48,814 bases of DNA, taken from the sequence record NC_020204.1; one strand, written 5' to 3'. Position 1 is the first letter of the stretch; the number at the start of each line of letters is the position of its first letter. A program made the translations under genes and the position numbers. Of this stretch, positions 35,886-44,375 are shown in pieces. The DNA comes from Klebsiella phage JD001. The notes beneath the pieces are model-generated. The model made no database searches, was not told where the DNA came from, and saw only the letters and a list, made by a program, of their open reading frames with translations.

Positions 35886-36698
35886 ATGGCTCAATTTACT
35901 TTCGTTACCCCTGTCGCTCGCCTGATTCACGGTCATCCGCTGAAGCAAAATGTACGCACTGATGATGCCACAAAGCAGCCGGTTATCGGTAAAGATGGTC
36001 AACCGGTTAAAGAAATTTACATCGGTATCGCAATTCCCAAAACCGGTGAAGCAGACTGGAAAGATACTGAATGGGGTAAACAAATCGTAATGGCGGCACT
36101 GGACGCTGAAAACGGTTATGACGCTGGCACTACTCGCCGCGCAGACTTCTCGTGGAAGGTGGTCGACGGTGATAGCGACATCCCGAACAAAGCCGGTCAC
36201 GCGCCGAACAGTGACCCGTACAAACGCGGCCACTGGGTCTTACACCTGAACACCCGCATTCCGTACAACTGTTATCATGTCGGCAAATATAACCCGCTCG
36301 ATGCGATTCAGGACGCAAATGCTATTAAACTCGGTGATTACGTTCGTGTGAACATCGTGGCGAAAGGTAATAAACCGTCCAAAACTCCGGGCGTGTATCT
36401 GAACCCGAACCTGCTTGAACTGTCACGTCCTGGCGAAGCAATTGTTCGTGAAGGTAGTGGTCCTGATGCTGCAAGTGTGTTCGGCGGTAGTGCACCCGCA
36501 CAGGTGGCACCAACCCCGACCCCAGCTGCTCCGGCACCCGCAACACCTCCGCCAGCAACTGACCTGCTGGTAACACCTCCGCCGGTTGTCGAAGAGAAGT
36601 ACAGTTACAACGGCACGGTGTATACCAAAGCACAGTTACTCAGTATGCCTGGCTGGAGCGAAGAGTTAATCGCACAACACTGTCAGAAAGTAGCATAA
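35886..36698 (+). CDS. hypothetical protein, possibly ssDNA-binding protein
   Basis: 270 aa, Pro/Ala-rich linker near the C-terminus; position between nuclease and polymerase; family assignment from weak recall only. Confidence 0.3.
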   Translation: MAQFTFVTPVARLIHGHPLKQNVRTDDATKQPVIGKDGQPVKEIYIGIAIPKTGEADWKDTEWGKQIVMAALDAENGYDAGTTRRADFSWKVVDGDSDIPNKAGHAPNSDPYKRGHWVLHLNTRIPYNCYHVGKYNPLDAIQDANAIKLGDYVRVNIVAKGNKPSKTPGVYLNPNLLELSRPGEAIVREGSGPDAASVFGGSAPAQVAPTPTPAAPAPATPPPATDLLVTPPPVVEEKYSYNGTVYTKAQLLSMPGWSEELIAQHCQKVA

Positions 36699-36747
36699 CC
36701 ACAACGCCCCGGTGCGAGCCGGGGTAACTCAACAGAGAGGGTGCATC

Positions 36748-36879
36748 ATGACCGACCAAGACCAACGACTAAAACAGTTTGATGACAAGTTAGCCGAACT
36801 GGAAAAGGCTATTAAACAGGTGCAGGAGCAACGCCGGGAATACATCAACCAGAGAGGGCTTAATAAATGTTCGGAGTAG
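36748..36879 (+). CDS. small coiled-coil protein (43 aa)
   Basis: RBS AGAGAGGGTG; overlaps the next start. Confidence 0.3.
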   Translation: MTDQDQRLKQFDDKLAELEKAIKQVQEQRREYINQRGLNKCSE

Positions 36880-37031
36880 GCGACCTGGTAGTTCTTAAAA
36901 GTGGCGGACCGGTGATGGTGGTTATCCGCACATCAACCATCGGCGCAGAATGTCAGTTCTACAATGAGAAACGTGGTGAATATGACTCAATTGTCATCAT
37001 ACACGAAGCGCTGGAGGAGTTTGGACAATGA
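36867..37031 (+). CDS. small DUF2158/YodC-like protein (54 aa)
   Basis: MFGVGDLVVLKSGGPVMVV... matches the conserved N-terminus of that family (recall). Confidence 0.4.
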   Translation: MFGVGDLVVLKSGGPVMVVIRTSTIGAECQFYNEKRGEYDSIVIIHEALEEFGQ

Positions 37032-37205
37032 ACAGTCTGGACGCCACCGTGACTTCTGTCGGTACGCCGGTCTGGTGTGAAGAATATCAGACGTGGCGTG
37101 TTGAAATTGAATATAATTGCTAGGGTCACGTATCCACAACCGAAAGGTGGTACAAAGACCGTAACAAAGCCTTCGCTTTAAAAGTAGGTGACAGTATTAT
37201 CGTTT

Positions 37206-37229
37206 AGCCCCTTAACTGGGGCTTTTCTT
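37206..37229 (+). terminator. rho-independent terminator upstream of the polymerase gene
   Basis: AGCCCC-TTAACT-GGGGCT then TTTCTT. Confidence 0.5.
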
Positions 37230-37245
37230 ACAGAGAGGAACAGAG

Positions 37246-38769
37246 ATGCACTATTTATCGAAATGTGAGGATGCAACTTGCGGTAAAAATTATCCCGCTG
37301 ACCTCCACAATTGCCCTCACTGTGGGGCTGATTCGGCGTTCTCCAGTATTGCACCACTGGACCCACGGGACTGGGGGTGGGACATCGAGACATATCCGAA
37401 TATATTTACCGCCTCATTTATTCACGCTGCGACGGGTATGGAGTTAATCTTCGAAATCAGTGACCGCAAAAACGAGCAGCCGCAATTAATCGAATTTGTG
37501 TTCAACCTGGGACGTAGTATGGCCCGTGGGATTGGATTTAATAACCTGGCATTCGACTATCCGGTGCTGCACTACGTGGTCAATGCACCGGGTTGTACAC
37601 TGGAACAGATTTACGCAAAAGCGCAATCACAGATTAAGCCCGAAGGTCAGTGGCCAGAAATTATATGGGACCGCGATCAGATTTTCGAGCAGATTGACCT
37701 GTACAAGATAAACCACTTCGATAATAAAGCCCGACGCACTAGTCTGAAGGCGTTGGAAGTGGGTATGCAGTCCCCTAACGTAAAAGACCTGCCATTCCTG
37801 GTCGGAATGATGCTGGACGATACACAGAAAGACATTCTCATCGCATACAACAAGCACGACGTTCGCGAAACACTTAAATTCTTTGTACGTTCACTCGACA
37901 AAATTCATTTCCGCGAGGAACTGACAAAGCAATACGGACGTAACTTTATGAACCACGCCGATACAAAAATCGGCAAAGATATATTCGTTCACGAACTGGA
38001 AAAGGCCGGGGTAGATTGCTCCGGGGTAACCATTCGTGAACGTATTGCTCTCGCAGATTGCATTCCCCCTTATATCAAATTCGAACGACCGGAGTTCAAT
38101 CAAATTCTGGAACGCATTCGTGGGGTTGTACTCACAAAGAAACAGCAGGACGAATTGCTGACCACAAAAGGTGTGTTTAGTGATATGACCGTCGTGGTCG
38201 ATGGTGTCGAATATTCGTTCGGATTGGGAGGTATTCACAGTAGTATTCCGAACTACGTTGTGCATTCCGGCAACGGTAAGTTATTGAAAAATAAAGATGT
38301 TACAAGCATGTACCCGTCCATTAGTATAAAGAACAGGTACTATCCGGAACACCTTAGTGAAACTTTTTGTGATGTATACGAACAACTGTTCATTCGTCGC
38401 CGTGATGCTAAGCGAGCGGGAGATAAAACAGTTGATGCCGCATTGAAACTCGCCCTCAACGGCACATTCGGGAACATGGGGAGTAAATTCAGCCCATTCT
38501 GCGACCACAAGTGTCTTCTGAGTATCACCATTACGGGGCAACTTTGTTTGGCAATGTTGATTGATAGATTGATAACGCGAGTTCCAGACATGATTATCCC
38601 GCAATCGAATACTGACGGGGCCGTCATGTACTACCCCGAACAATATGATTCGTTAGTTGAATCTATTTGTGCGGAATGGGAGAAAGACACAATGTTGGGA
38701 CTTGAGACGGACGAAGTAAAATCTCTTTATCAGCGTGATGTGAACAATTACATAATGGTAATAGAATGA
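37246..38769 (+). CDS. family-B DNA polymerase (exonuclease + palm/fingers), apparently lacking the distal thumb
   Basis: Exo I WDIET, Exo II NLAFDYP, Exo III YNKHD, motif A DVTSMYPS, motif B KLALNGTFGNMG, motif C QSNTDG, KxY-region KSLYQRDVNNYIMV immediately before the stop; N-terminal C4 zinc finger. Confidence 0.75.
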   Translation: MHYLSKCEDATCGKNYPADLHNCPHCGADSAFSSIAPLDPRDWGWDIETYPNIFTASFIHAATGMELIFEISDRKNEQPQLIEFVFNLGRSMARGIGFNNLAFDYPVLHYVVNAPGCTLEQIYAKAQSQIKPEGQWPEIIWDRDQIFEQIDLYKINHFDNKARRTSLKALEVGMQSPNVKDLPFLVGMMLDDTQKDILIAYNKHDVRETLKFFVRSLDKIHFREELTKQYGRNFMNHADTKIGKDIFVHELEKAGVDCSGVTIRERIALADCIPPYIKFERPEFNQILERIRGVVLTKKQQDELLTTKGVFSDMTVVVDGVEYSFGLGGIHSSIPNYVVHSGNGKLLKNKDVTSMYPSISIKNRYYPEHLSETFCDVYEQLFIRRRDAKRAGDKTVDAALKLALNGTFGNMGSKFSPFCDHKCLLSITITGQLCLAMLIDRLITRVPDMIIPQSNTDGAVMYYPEQYDSLVESICAEWEKDTMLGLETDEVKSLYQRDVNNYIMVIE

Positions 38770-39596
38770 AAAAGTTAACTATCGAAGATGTGAATAAACG
38801 TATTCAGAGTAGGGGCTTATCGTGTCTTGAATATAATGGGGCATTGACTACTTCTACCTTCATTTGTTCAAATTCCCATATATGGTATGCGTTACCCAGT
38901 AATATATTCGCCGGGAATGGATGTCCAACCTGCGCGGGTATCCGCCGATATAAATTCACCGATGTAAAAACGGAACTGGCAAAACGAAAAATCGAATGCG
39001 TTGAATACGGTGGTACTACCCACAGTAAATCGACTTTTCAGTGTGAGATGGGTCATACATGGAAAACTACATATTCCCACCTTATGAAGGGGATAGGTTG
39101 CCCTTGGTGTTCCAACAGGTTTCCCTATGATTTAGAAAGAATCAACAGAGAAATAGCCATGAAGGGAATAACATGTACTTTCTTTTGTGGAAATGTGAAA
39201 GGAAAATCAACATTCGAGTGCAAGTGTGGACACAAGTGGTCAACAAGGGCTACCAATGTATTAAATAAAACAGGTTGTCCAGCCTGTTCGAAGGCTGGAT
39301 ATAAATCGAATAAGCCGGGATATTTATATCTCTTATGTTCTGAGACTGATTCATCTCTTAAAGTCGGTATAACAAATGATATCAAATCAAGAATATCCAC
39401 CCTAATGAGAAAGACACCATTCGAATTCAAACTTTTGGAATATATCCGTTTTAACAATGGAATTGACGCCATGTTGATGGAAAAAGAATTACTTAAATCT
39501 TACAAGACCGCTAATTTTTCTGGTTTTGATGGTGCCACCGAATGGCTATTGTGGGACTCTAAAATTTTAAAGGAATTTAGAAATGTCAAAAGTTAA
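38766..39596 (+). CDS. homing endonuclease-like protein: three zinc-ribbon modules plus T5orf172/GIY-YIG-like domain
   Basis: three Y.G...STF.C..GH.W......GCP.C repeats; C-terminal GYLYLL...LKVGIT...F motif block paralogous to the 5901 gene; overlaps both flanking ORFs. Confidence 0.6.
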   Translation: MKKLTIEDVNKRIQSRGLSCLEYNGALTTSTFICSNSHIWYALPSNIFAGNGCPTCAGIRRYKFTDVKTELAKRKIECVEYGGTTHSKSTFQCEMGHTWKTTYSHLMKGIGCPWCSNRFPYDLERINREIAMKGITCTFFCGNVKGKSTFECKCGHKWSTRATNVLNKTGCPACSKAGYKSNKPGYLYLLCSETDSSLKVGITNDIKSRISTLMRKTPFEFKLLEYIRFNNGIDAMLMEKELLKSYKTANFSGFDGATEWLLWDSKILKEFRNVKS

Positions 39597-40179
39597 AAGA
39601 AAAGGTGCATACGAATATGAATATCAATATCACCAAGACCCCAGTGCGATGGTAGTACCCAAAGCTGCCGAAGCCGCACTCCTGTTTGACACTGACATCC
39701 GTACATTCATCACACGACATCGTGACCCGTTCGACTTTATGTTAAGGGTTAAAATCCAAAGAAACGCACGTCTGGTAATGCGTTGGCCGGAATGGGGCGC
39801 TGAACGAGAAATGCAGAATACCACACGTGTGTTTATCTCGCGTAACGGTGGGTCACTGGTCAAGCTGTTACCACCAACGGGCGTACCGGGTACATGGAAG
39901 CGCAAGAACGGTGTCAAAGACGACGTGTACAACGCGGTAATGCGTGAGATTACTGGTCAATCGGGAGACCTCGACAGCATCGGTACACCGTGGGACGAGC
40001 GTATCCACACGAAGAGCCGCAGCAAGCATGATGCAATGCGTGAAACCGGGATGTATGTCGGATGGAAGGTGACAGAGTGTGCCGACGCTAAGGACTTCGA
40101 CTGGAGCAGTCTGGACTACGAATATTATGTGAAAGAAGCGGAAAAGTTAGTTTTACCGTTGTTGGGGGTCACAAAATGA
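39583..40179 (+). CDS. hypothetical protein; candidate C-terminal (thumb) fragment of the split polymerase; carries the GTPWDERIH motif
   Basis: 198 aa; ...RVFISRNGGSLVKLLPP... loosely like protein-primed PolB thumb tips; GTPWDERIH at 39982..40008. Confidence 0.4.
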   Translation: MSKVKRKGAYEYEYQYHQDPSAMVVPKAAEAALLFDTDIRTFITRHRDPFDFMLRVKIQRNARLVMRWPEWGAEREMQNTTRVFISRNGGSLVKLLPPTGVPGTWKRKNGVKDDVYNAVMREITGQSGDLDSIGTPWDERIHTKSRSKHDAMRETGMYVGWKVTECADAKDFDWSSLDYEYYVKEAEKLVLPLLGVTK

Positions 40180-40862
40180 AAGTTCTCATAACAGGTGGGT
40201 GGGATTATTCGGATTTTGATGCGTTTGAAAAAGCTATAGAGATGTTGTCGTTCAAAATCGAATTAATTATCCGTGGTGGTGCGAGAGGCGTGGATAGTAT
40301 TGCCGACATGTGGGCGAAGAAACACGGTGTGTTCGTTATGAGAATGGATGCCCTGTGGAATGCGCATGGTAAAGGGGCCGGACCGAAGCGAAATTGGGCA
40401 ATGTTAAACTTTGGAAAACCCGATTACTGTGTTGCGTTTCCCGGCGGTAATGGGACTGCGGATATGGTGAGGCAATGCGAAAAGCATCCGTGGTCGTGTG
40501 GAAGCCTTACGGTTAGTGAAACTACCGGCGCATTACTGCGCCGGTTTGTTCATCTTTTGACGCATTTCGGCAAGTTCAATTTCTGCCTTTTCACGTTCGA
40601 TTCGCCTAATAATTTCCTCCTCCCTGCGCTCGGCAGACTCATTACGAATTCGTTGTATGTGACCACAAATCATGACAACCGTCAGTATAATACCACACAA
40701 GGTGGCGAAGATACCGACGGTTTCCGGGGTAATGCCGTATTTAGTCATCAGTCCCGTTATCGTCGTCCCGCTCGCCACTACTGTTCCGACTTGTGTGTTT
40801 CCAGTAAAGCTCATAGCGTTTTCTCGCTTCAATGTACCACTCGACAACCCGCACCAACATGA
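40176..40862 (+). CDS. DUF2493/SLOG-like protein (N-terminal ~110 aa); C-terminal extension doubtful
   Basis: ...ITGG...IIRGGARGVDSIADMWA...HGKGAGPKRN...AFPGGNGTADMV... matches the DUF2493 pattern (recall); the distal 330 nt are low-complexity and antisense to a better-looking minus-strand gene. Confidence 0.45.
   Translation: MKVLITGGWDYSDFDAFEKAIEMLSFKIELIIRGGARGVDSIADMWAKKHGVFVMRMDALWNAHGKGAGPKRNWAMLNFGKPDYCVAFPGGNGTADMVRQCEKHPWSCGSLTVSETTGALLRRFVHLLTHFGKFNFCLFTFDSPNNFLLPALGRLITNSLYVTTNHDNRQYNTTQGGEDTDGFRGNAVFSHQSRYRRPARHYCSDLCVSSKAHSVFSLQCTTRQPAPT
40533..40847 (-). CDS. membrane protein, pinholin/antiholin candidate
   Basis: weakly hydrophobic Gly/Thr-rich TMD1 (GTVVASGTTITGLM), strong TMD2 (VGIFATLCGIILTVVMIC), highly charged coiled-coil C-terminus; alternative start at 40814. 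Confidence 0.35.
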   Translation of the reverse strand: MSSGTLKRENAMSFTGNTQVGTVVASGTTITGLMTKYGITPETVGIFATLCGIILTVVMICGHIQRIRNESAERREEEIIRRIEREKAEIELAEMRQKMNKPAQ

Positions 40863-41251
40863 GAACGATGGCCAGAGTTGTCGATATGAACCGCAATACC
40901 TCCAGCATCGTCACTGTCCTTTTTCAGTATCGTGAAGATTGCCACGCAGTACAGCATCGTGAACGTTGCCGCATAGATGTCGAGTGGTCGATAGAAAAAC
41001 CACAGAAACCACCCCATTAGGTTAATCAACATGGAGACAATGCTGATGAGCATCATGTCGAGAGACTTCCGGGATGTTCCAAACCGATACAGAATGCCGA
41101 CCACTGCGAAATCACAAAATGCGGCGAGGAAAAAGTAAATCGAACCATCCAGATTGCTGCACAACTTCTGGAAAAGAGTCGCCACCATCACGAAGAGAAA
41201 CGAGGCTCCTCGAGGTCTGGCGATTACCGAGGCAATCAGGAGGGCGTACAT
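40829..41251 (-). CDS. multi-pass membrane protein, holin candidate
   Basis: 140 aa with 3-4 hydrophobic helices; preceded by a 38-aa basic ORF (41255..41371) with GAGGA RBS. Confidence 0.35.
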   Translation of the reverse strand: MYALLIASVIARPRGASFLFVMVATLFQKLCSNLDGSIYFFLAAFCDFAVVGILYRFGTSRKSLDMMLISIVSMLINLMGWFLWFFYRPLDIYAATFTMLYCVAIFTILKKDSDDAGGIAVHIDNSGHRSHVGAGCRVVH

Positions 41252-41425
41252 TGTTTACTTGGTCCGCCGTTTTACTTTCGCGTCACCGGTTTTACCACGA
41301 GGTTTAACACACGCCCCACCGGCGTCTCCTGCCTTACGTGGTTTAACTGCAGCTGACTTGGTCTTGTACATTTTATCATCCTCATATGTTAATATTAAGC
41401 TTAATTGTACAGTAGGTGTTACCGA

Positions 41426-41983
41426 ATGAGAAATCCTCTAAGCAAACAAATGACTGCTCTTCTCACCGCATTTGCGATGGGTGGCACAGGTACCGCGGTA
41501 GTCACACAGACAGATCTGCTCAATCAGTTCCTGAACGAGAAGGAAGGGAACAGGTTGACAGCATATCTGGACAGTGCGAATCCTCCCATCTGGACCATCT
41601 GCCGGGGTGTGACACGCATCGATGGTAAACCGGTGACAAAGGGCATGCGGCTTACCGAAAGACAATGTGACCTTCTGAACGATAAAGAAGCACAGAAGTC
41701 ACTCAAATGGGTGCGCGACAATATCCCGGTAAAACTGAACCCGGTGCAACAGGTTGGTATCGCGTCGTTCTGTCCGTATAACATTGGACCTACCAAATGC
41801 AAGGGGTCAACATTCTTTAAATTGCTGCAAAAAGGCGACTGGAAGAACGCGTGCAAACAGATTCCTCGTTGGGTATTTGACGGTGGTAAAGACTGTCGTA
41901 TCAAAAGCAACAACTGTTCCGGACAGCCAATTCGTCGGGAGCAGGAAGAGTATTTGTGCCTGTATACATTGGGGGAGAAATGA
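41426..41983 (+). CDS. SAR-endolysin (GH24 T4-type lysozyme with N-terminal signal-arrest-release domain)
   Basis: catalytic E-D-T block ...NEKEGNRLTAYLDSANPPIWTICRGVT...; N-terminal Gly/Ala-rich weakly hydrophobic segment MTALLTAFAMGGTGTAVV; RBS AGGTG. Confidence 0.8.
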   Translation: MRNPLSKQMTALLTAFAMGGTGTAVVTQTDLLNQFLNEKEGNRLTAYLDSANPPIWTICRGVTRIDGKPVTKGMRLTERQCDLLNDKEAQKSLKWVRDNIPVKLNPVQQVGIASFCPYNIGPTKCKGSTFFKLLQKGDWKNACKQIPRWVFDGGKDCRIKSNNCSGQPIRREQEEYLCLYTLGEK

Positions 41984-42309
41984 TGCGCACAATTATAGCC
42001 GCAATCGCTGGAGCACTTGCATTACTTGCACTGGCGTTCTGGTGGGGATATTCGCAAGGGAAGCAGTCGGTCAAGCTGGACGATTTCAAAGAATATAAGG
42101 CAGCCGTCGAAGCCCGTGACGCGCTGCAGGAAAAACTAAACGCTTCCGATGTGGAATTGCAGAAAAAGCAACAGGAACTGAAAGAAGCCCGGGCCAAAAA
42201 AGTCGTTGAGAAAGTCACCATCTACCGTGACCGAATCAAAGACTCCGCCACCGCTCAGTGTGTCAAAGAGAGCGGCATCCTCGACCTATATGATGCGACC
42301 GTAAAATGA
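41980..42309 (+). CDS. i-spanin (Rz-like)
   Basis: N-terminal TM helix IIAAIAGALALLALAFWWGY then coiled-coil periplasmic domain; ATGA overlap with the endolysin stop. Confidence 0.65.
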   Translation: MMRTIIAAIAGALALLALAFWWGYSQGKQSVKLDDFKEYKAAVEARDALQEKLNASDVELQKKQQELKEARAKKVVEKVTIYRDRIKDSATAQCVKESGILDLYDATVK

Positions 42310-42542
42310 AAAAACTTACCCTGCTGATATCCGTACTTGTTTTAACAGCATGTACTCAGGAAGTGAGTACATGTCCGCCACCATCTAACGACCTGCTTAC
42401 GCCGAGTGGTGAATTGTGGACAACCGATGGCGACCCCGAAAAGGCCGCTACGGTAATTCCACATAACGGGGAAGTTCTGATGGCCGACCGGGACAGAGTG
42501 TCCCGGTGGCAAAACTGGTGGGAAGGTTGTAAAACCTTATGA
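42306..42542 (+). CDS. o-spanin (Rz1-like lipoprotein), separate (non-embedded) architecture
   Basis: lipobox LLISVLVLTAC, Pro-rich 78-aa protein, ATGA-coupled to the i-spanin. Confidence 0.7.
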   Translation: MKKLTLLISVLVLTACTQEVSTCPPPSNDLLTPSGELWTTDGDPEKAATVIPHNGEVLMADRDRVSRWQNWWEGCKTL

Positions 42543-43394
42543 ATATTCCTCGACAATCAGAATACCGGCAGTACCTGCTCCGCCGGTATACGATGTTCCA
42601 CTGAGTGCGGTGTCATAAGCACCACCACCACCAGAGCCTGGCGCTTTACCAGCGATACCACCACCCGCACCGGCACGACCACCGCCGCCCATGTAGGAAG
42701 ATGCACCGTTGCCGGTTACAAAATAGGTTCCGGTTTGTCCGTCGCTACCATCACCGCCGCGAATGTTAACAAGACCGCCGGTAGCGGTACCGCCAGCGCC
42801 ACCCGGGGTGTTAGTCGCCGATGTTCTGGATGCACCACCACCACCGCCAGCGGTCAGACTACCGAATACACTACTACCGCCAGCGGAACCCGCTGCAGCA
42901 CCTACACCGCCCGCACCACCAGTACCGATGGTCACGGAATACGATGATGCCGGAGAAGTAATCCATGCGATAACAGTTGCACCGGCACCACCGCCACCAC
43001 CGGAGAAAGTGGATGAGGTTGCCGAAGCCTGACAACCACCACCACCACCGCCGCCACCCACCAGTGTGACTTTAATGGCCTTTGTACCAGTGGTGGGAGT
43101 GTAAATTGCCGAAGATGTGAGTGTACGCACATTCAACAACCGACCCGGTGTAGCGGTCATGAGTGCGTCGTACATCTGACTGTCTGACCCCGTGTCGATA
43201 TCACCATTTGGCGTAACACCCGCCACGTTGAGCACACGAGCAAAAAAACCATCCCAGTCATTGGCCCAGTCTGCTTCAAAGTAAGAACCATCTTCCGCCG
43301 TTGGTGATGTGCGGTTTTTAAATGCACCCTGGGGTGATGCAGTTGTGGGATTCTCAAACCTTCCCGGGTAACGGTTGCTACGGTCTAAAGCCAT
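42537..43394 (-). CDS. glycine-rich tail fibre-like protein
   Basis: ~100-aa structured N-terminus then GGGGGGGG runs and Gly/Ala/Thr/Ser repeats to the C-terminus. Confidence 0.5.
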   Translation of the reverse strand: MALDRSNRYPGRFENPTTASPQGAFKNRTSPTAEDGSYFEADWANDWDGFFARVLNVAGVTPNGDIDTGSDSQMYDALMTATPGRLLNVRTLTSSAIYTPTTGTKAIKVTLVGGGGGGGGCQASATSSTFSGGGGGAGATVIAWITSPASSYSVTIGTGGAGGVGAAAGSAGGSSVFGSLTAGGGGGASRTSATNTPGGAGGTATGGLVNIRGGDGSDGQTGTYFVTGNGASSYMGGGGRAGAGGGIAGKAPGSGGGGAYDTALSGTSYTGGAGTAGILIVEEYS

Positions 43395-43397
43395 TGT

Positions 43398-44111
43398 TTA
43401 AACTCCTACAAATCCGGTCGCTTGTGCCAATGAGTCACCAAATTGCATTGATGAGTCACCTGCCTGTACATAATCGTAAGCCTCAAGGAAACCATTGAAT
43501 TTTACACCCTGCGGCTTCGGAACAAAAGAGGCATTGACGAGCGCCCACCGTTCGAGGTCTGTAATTTCTCCGTAGAATTCTACGGAGAAACTCATATCCT
43601 CACCATCAACCAGACGGGTGACCTGTGCATTGGGTAACAGGAAATTCATCCCATTAATAATGTCTTCAATAGTCGCGTATGAGTTGTTTTTGAGAATTTT
43701 AGATTTAATTGCCAGGCGATATAAGTTGTCCGACATGCTCTCGTCTGAATCGATACTCGGCGTGCTGCACATTGCGGAGGTATCACCGAATTCGGCCGGA
43801 CCATTGACATCGCTGGCACACATGGCGGTATCCATGGATACCTTTCCCATGAAATCACGAGATATAACGACTATTCGCCCAATAACATCGAGTTGTTCAC
43901 CTTCCACCATATCAATCGAATACATGATACGCACAGCTGCGGCCACATCTGCAATCTGTGTGGCCAGGCTACGTGTGATGTTATACCACGCAACGGCCTT
44001 TGGCTTGTTACGGTACTGAGCGTAGATGCGATTCGGAGCATCTGACTCATTTGCGACGTAGCCGCTGACAATTGTCAGCGGTACGAAGTAGGGAGCGGGG
44101 AAGAAGTTCAT
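43398..44111 (-). CDS. hypothetical tail/baseplate-associated protein
   Basis: 237-aa ORF between the fibre genes. Confidence 0.35.
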   Translation of the reverse strand: MNFFPAPYFVPLTIVSGYVANESDAPNRIYAQYRNKPKAVAWYNITRSLATQIADVAAAVRIMYSIDMVEGEQLDVIGRIVVISRDFMGKVSMDTAMCASDVNGPAEFGDTSAMCSTPSIDSDESMSDNLYRLAIKSKILKNNSYATIEDIINGMNFLLPNAQVTRLVDGEDMSFSVEFYGEITDLERWALVNASFVPKPQGVKFNGFLEAYDYVQAGDSSMQFGDSLAQATGFVGV

Positions 44112-44114
44112 TCG

Positions 44115-44372
44115 TTAACCCAAGAGTAACGTGAGTGTTTCCTCTACAATTGCTTTTTGCGTAGCGCCATCACCGTCTGCACTGATGAACCGCTCCTGAA
44201 GTTCCAAAACCTGCTCATCCAGTGAGTCGTCGCAGATGATACCATTATCGGCAACAATCTTGTCTCGCTTCGACAACATTTCCACTGTTGCATCGAGAGC
44301 GGAAATTGTTGAAAAATATTCAATTATTCCGCGATAAAGAGTGCTGGCGTCTTTTGATGCTGTACCTTTCAT
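44115..44372 (-). CDS. hypothetical small acidic protein (fibre assembly?)
   Basis: 85-aa ORF immediately downstream of the tailspike gene. Confidence 0.3.
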   Translation of the reverse strand: MKGTASKDASTLYRGIIEYFSTISALDATVEMLSKRDKIVADNGIICDDSLDEQVLELQERFISADGDGATQKAIVEETLTLLLG

Positions 44373-44375
44373 TTA

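Noticed and set aside
36699-36747. CCCCGG-TGCGAG-CCGGGG hairpin after the 36698 stop as a terminator
   Set aside because: No T tract follows. It is more likely an RNA-stabilising hairpin than an intrinsic terminator.
37028-37123. 31-codon ORF ATGA-coupled to the DUF2158-like gene
   Set aside because: Too short and featureless to call, though translational coupling makes it possible.
40506-40862. C-terminal 120 codons of ORF 40176..40862 as genuine coding sequence
   Set aside because: The translation is low-complexity and lies beyond the recognisable SLOG domain. The opposite strand encodes a well-formed membrane protein. Probably an over-extended ORF, kept only as a flagged feature.
42763-43132. 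Pro/Ala-rich plus-strand ORF (42763..43032) and Val-rich minus-strand ORF (42932..43132) overlapping the glycine-rich fibre gene
   Set aside because: These are artefacts of the GGN-repeat DNA: the antisense and shifted frames of poly-Gly read as poly-Pro/Ala/Val.
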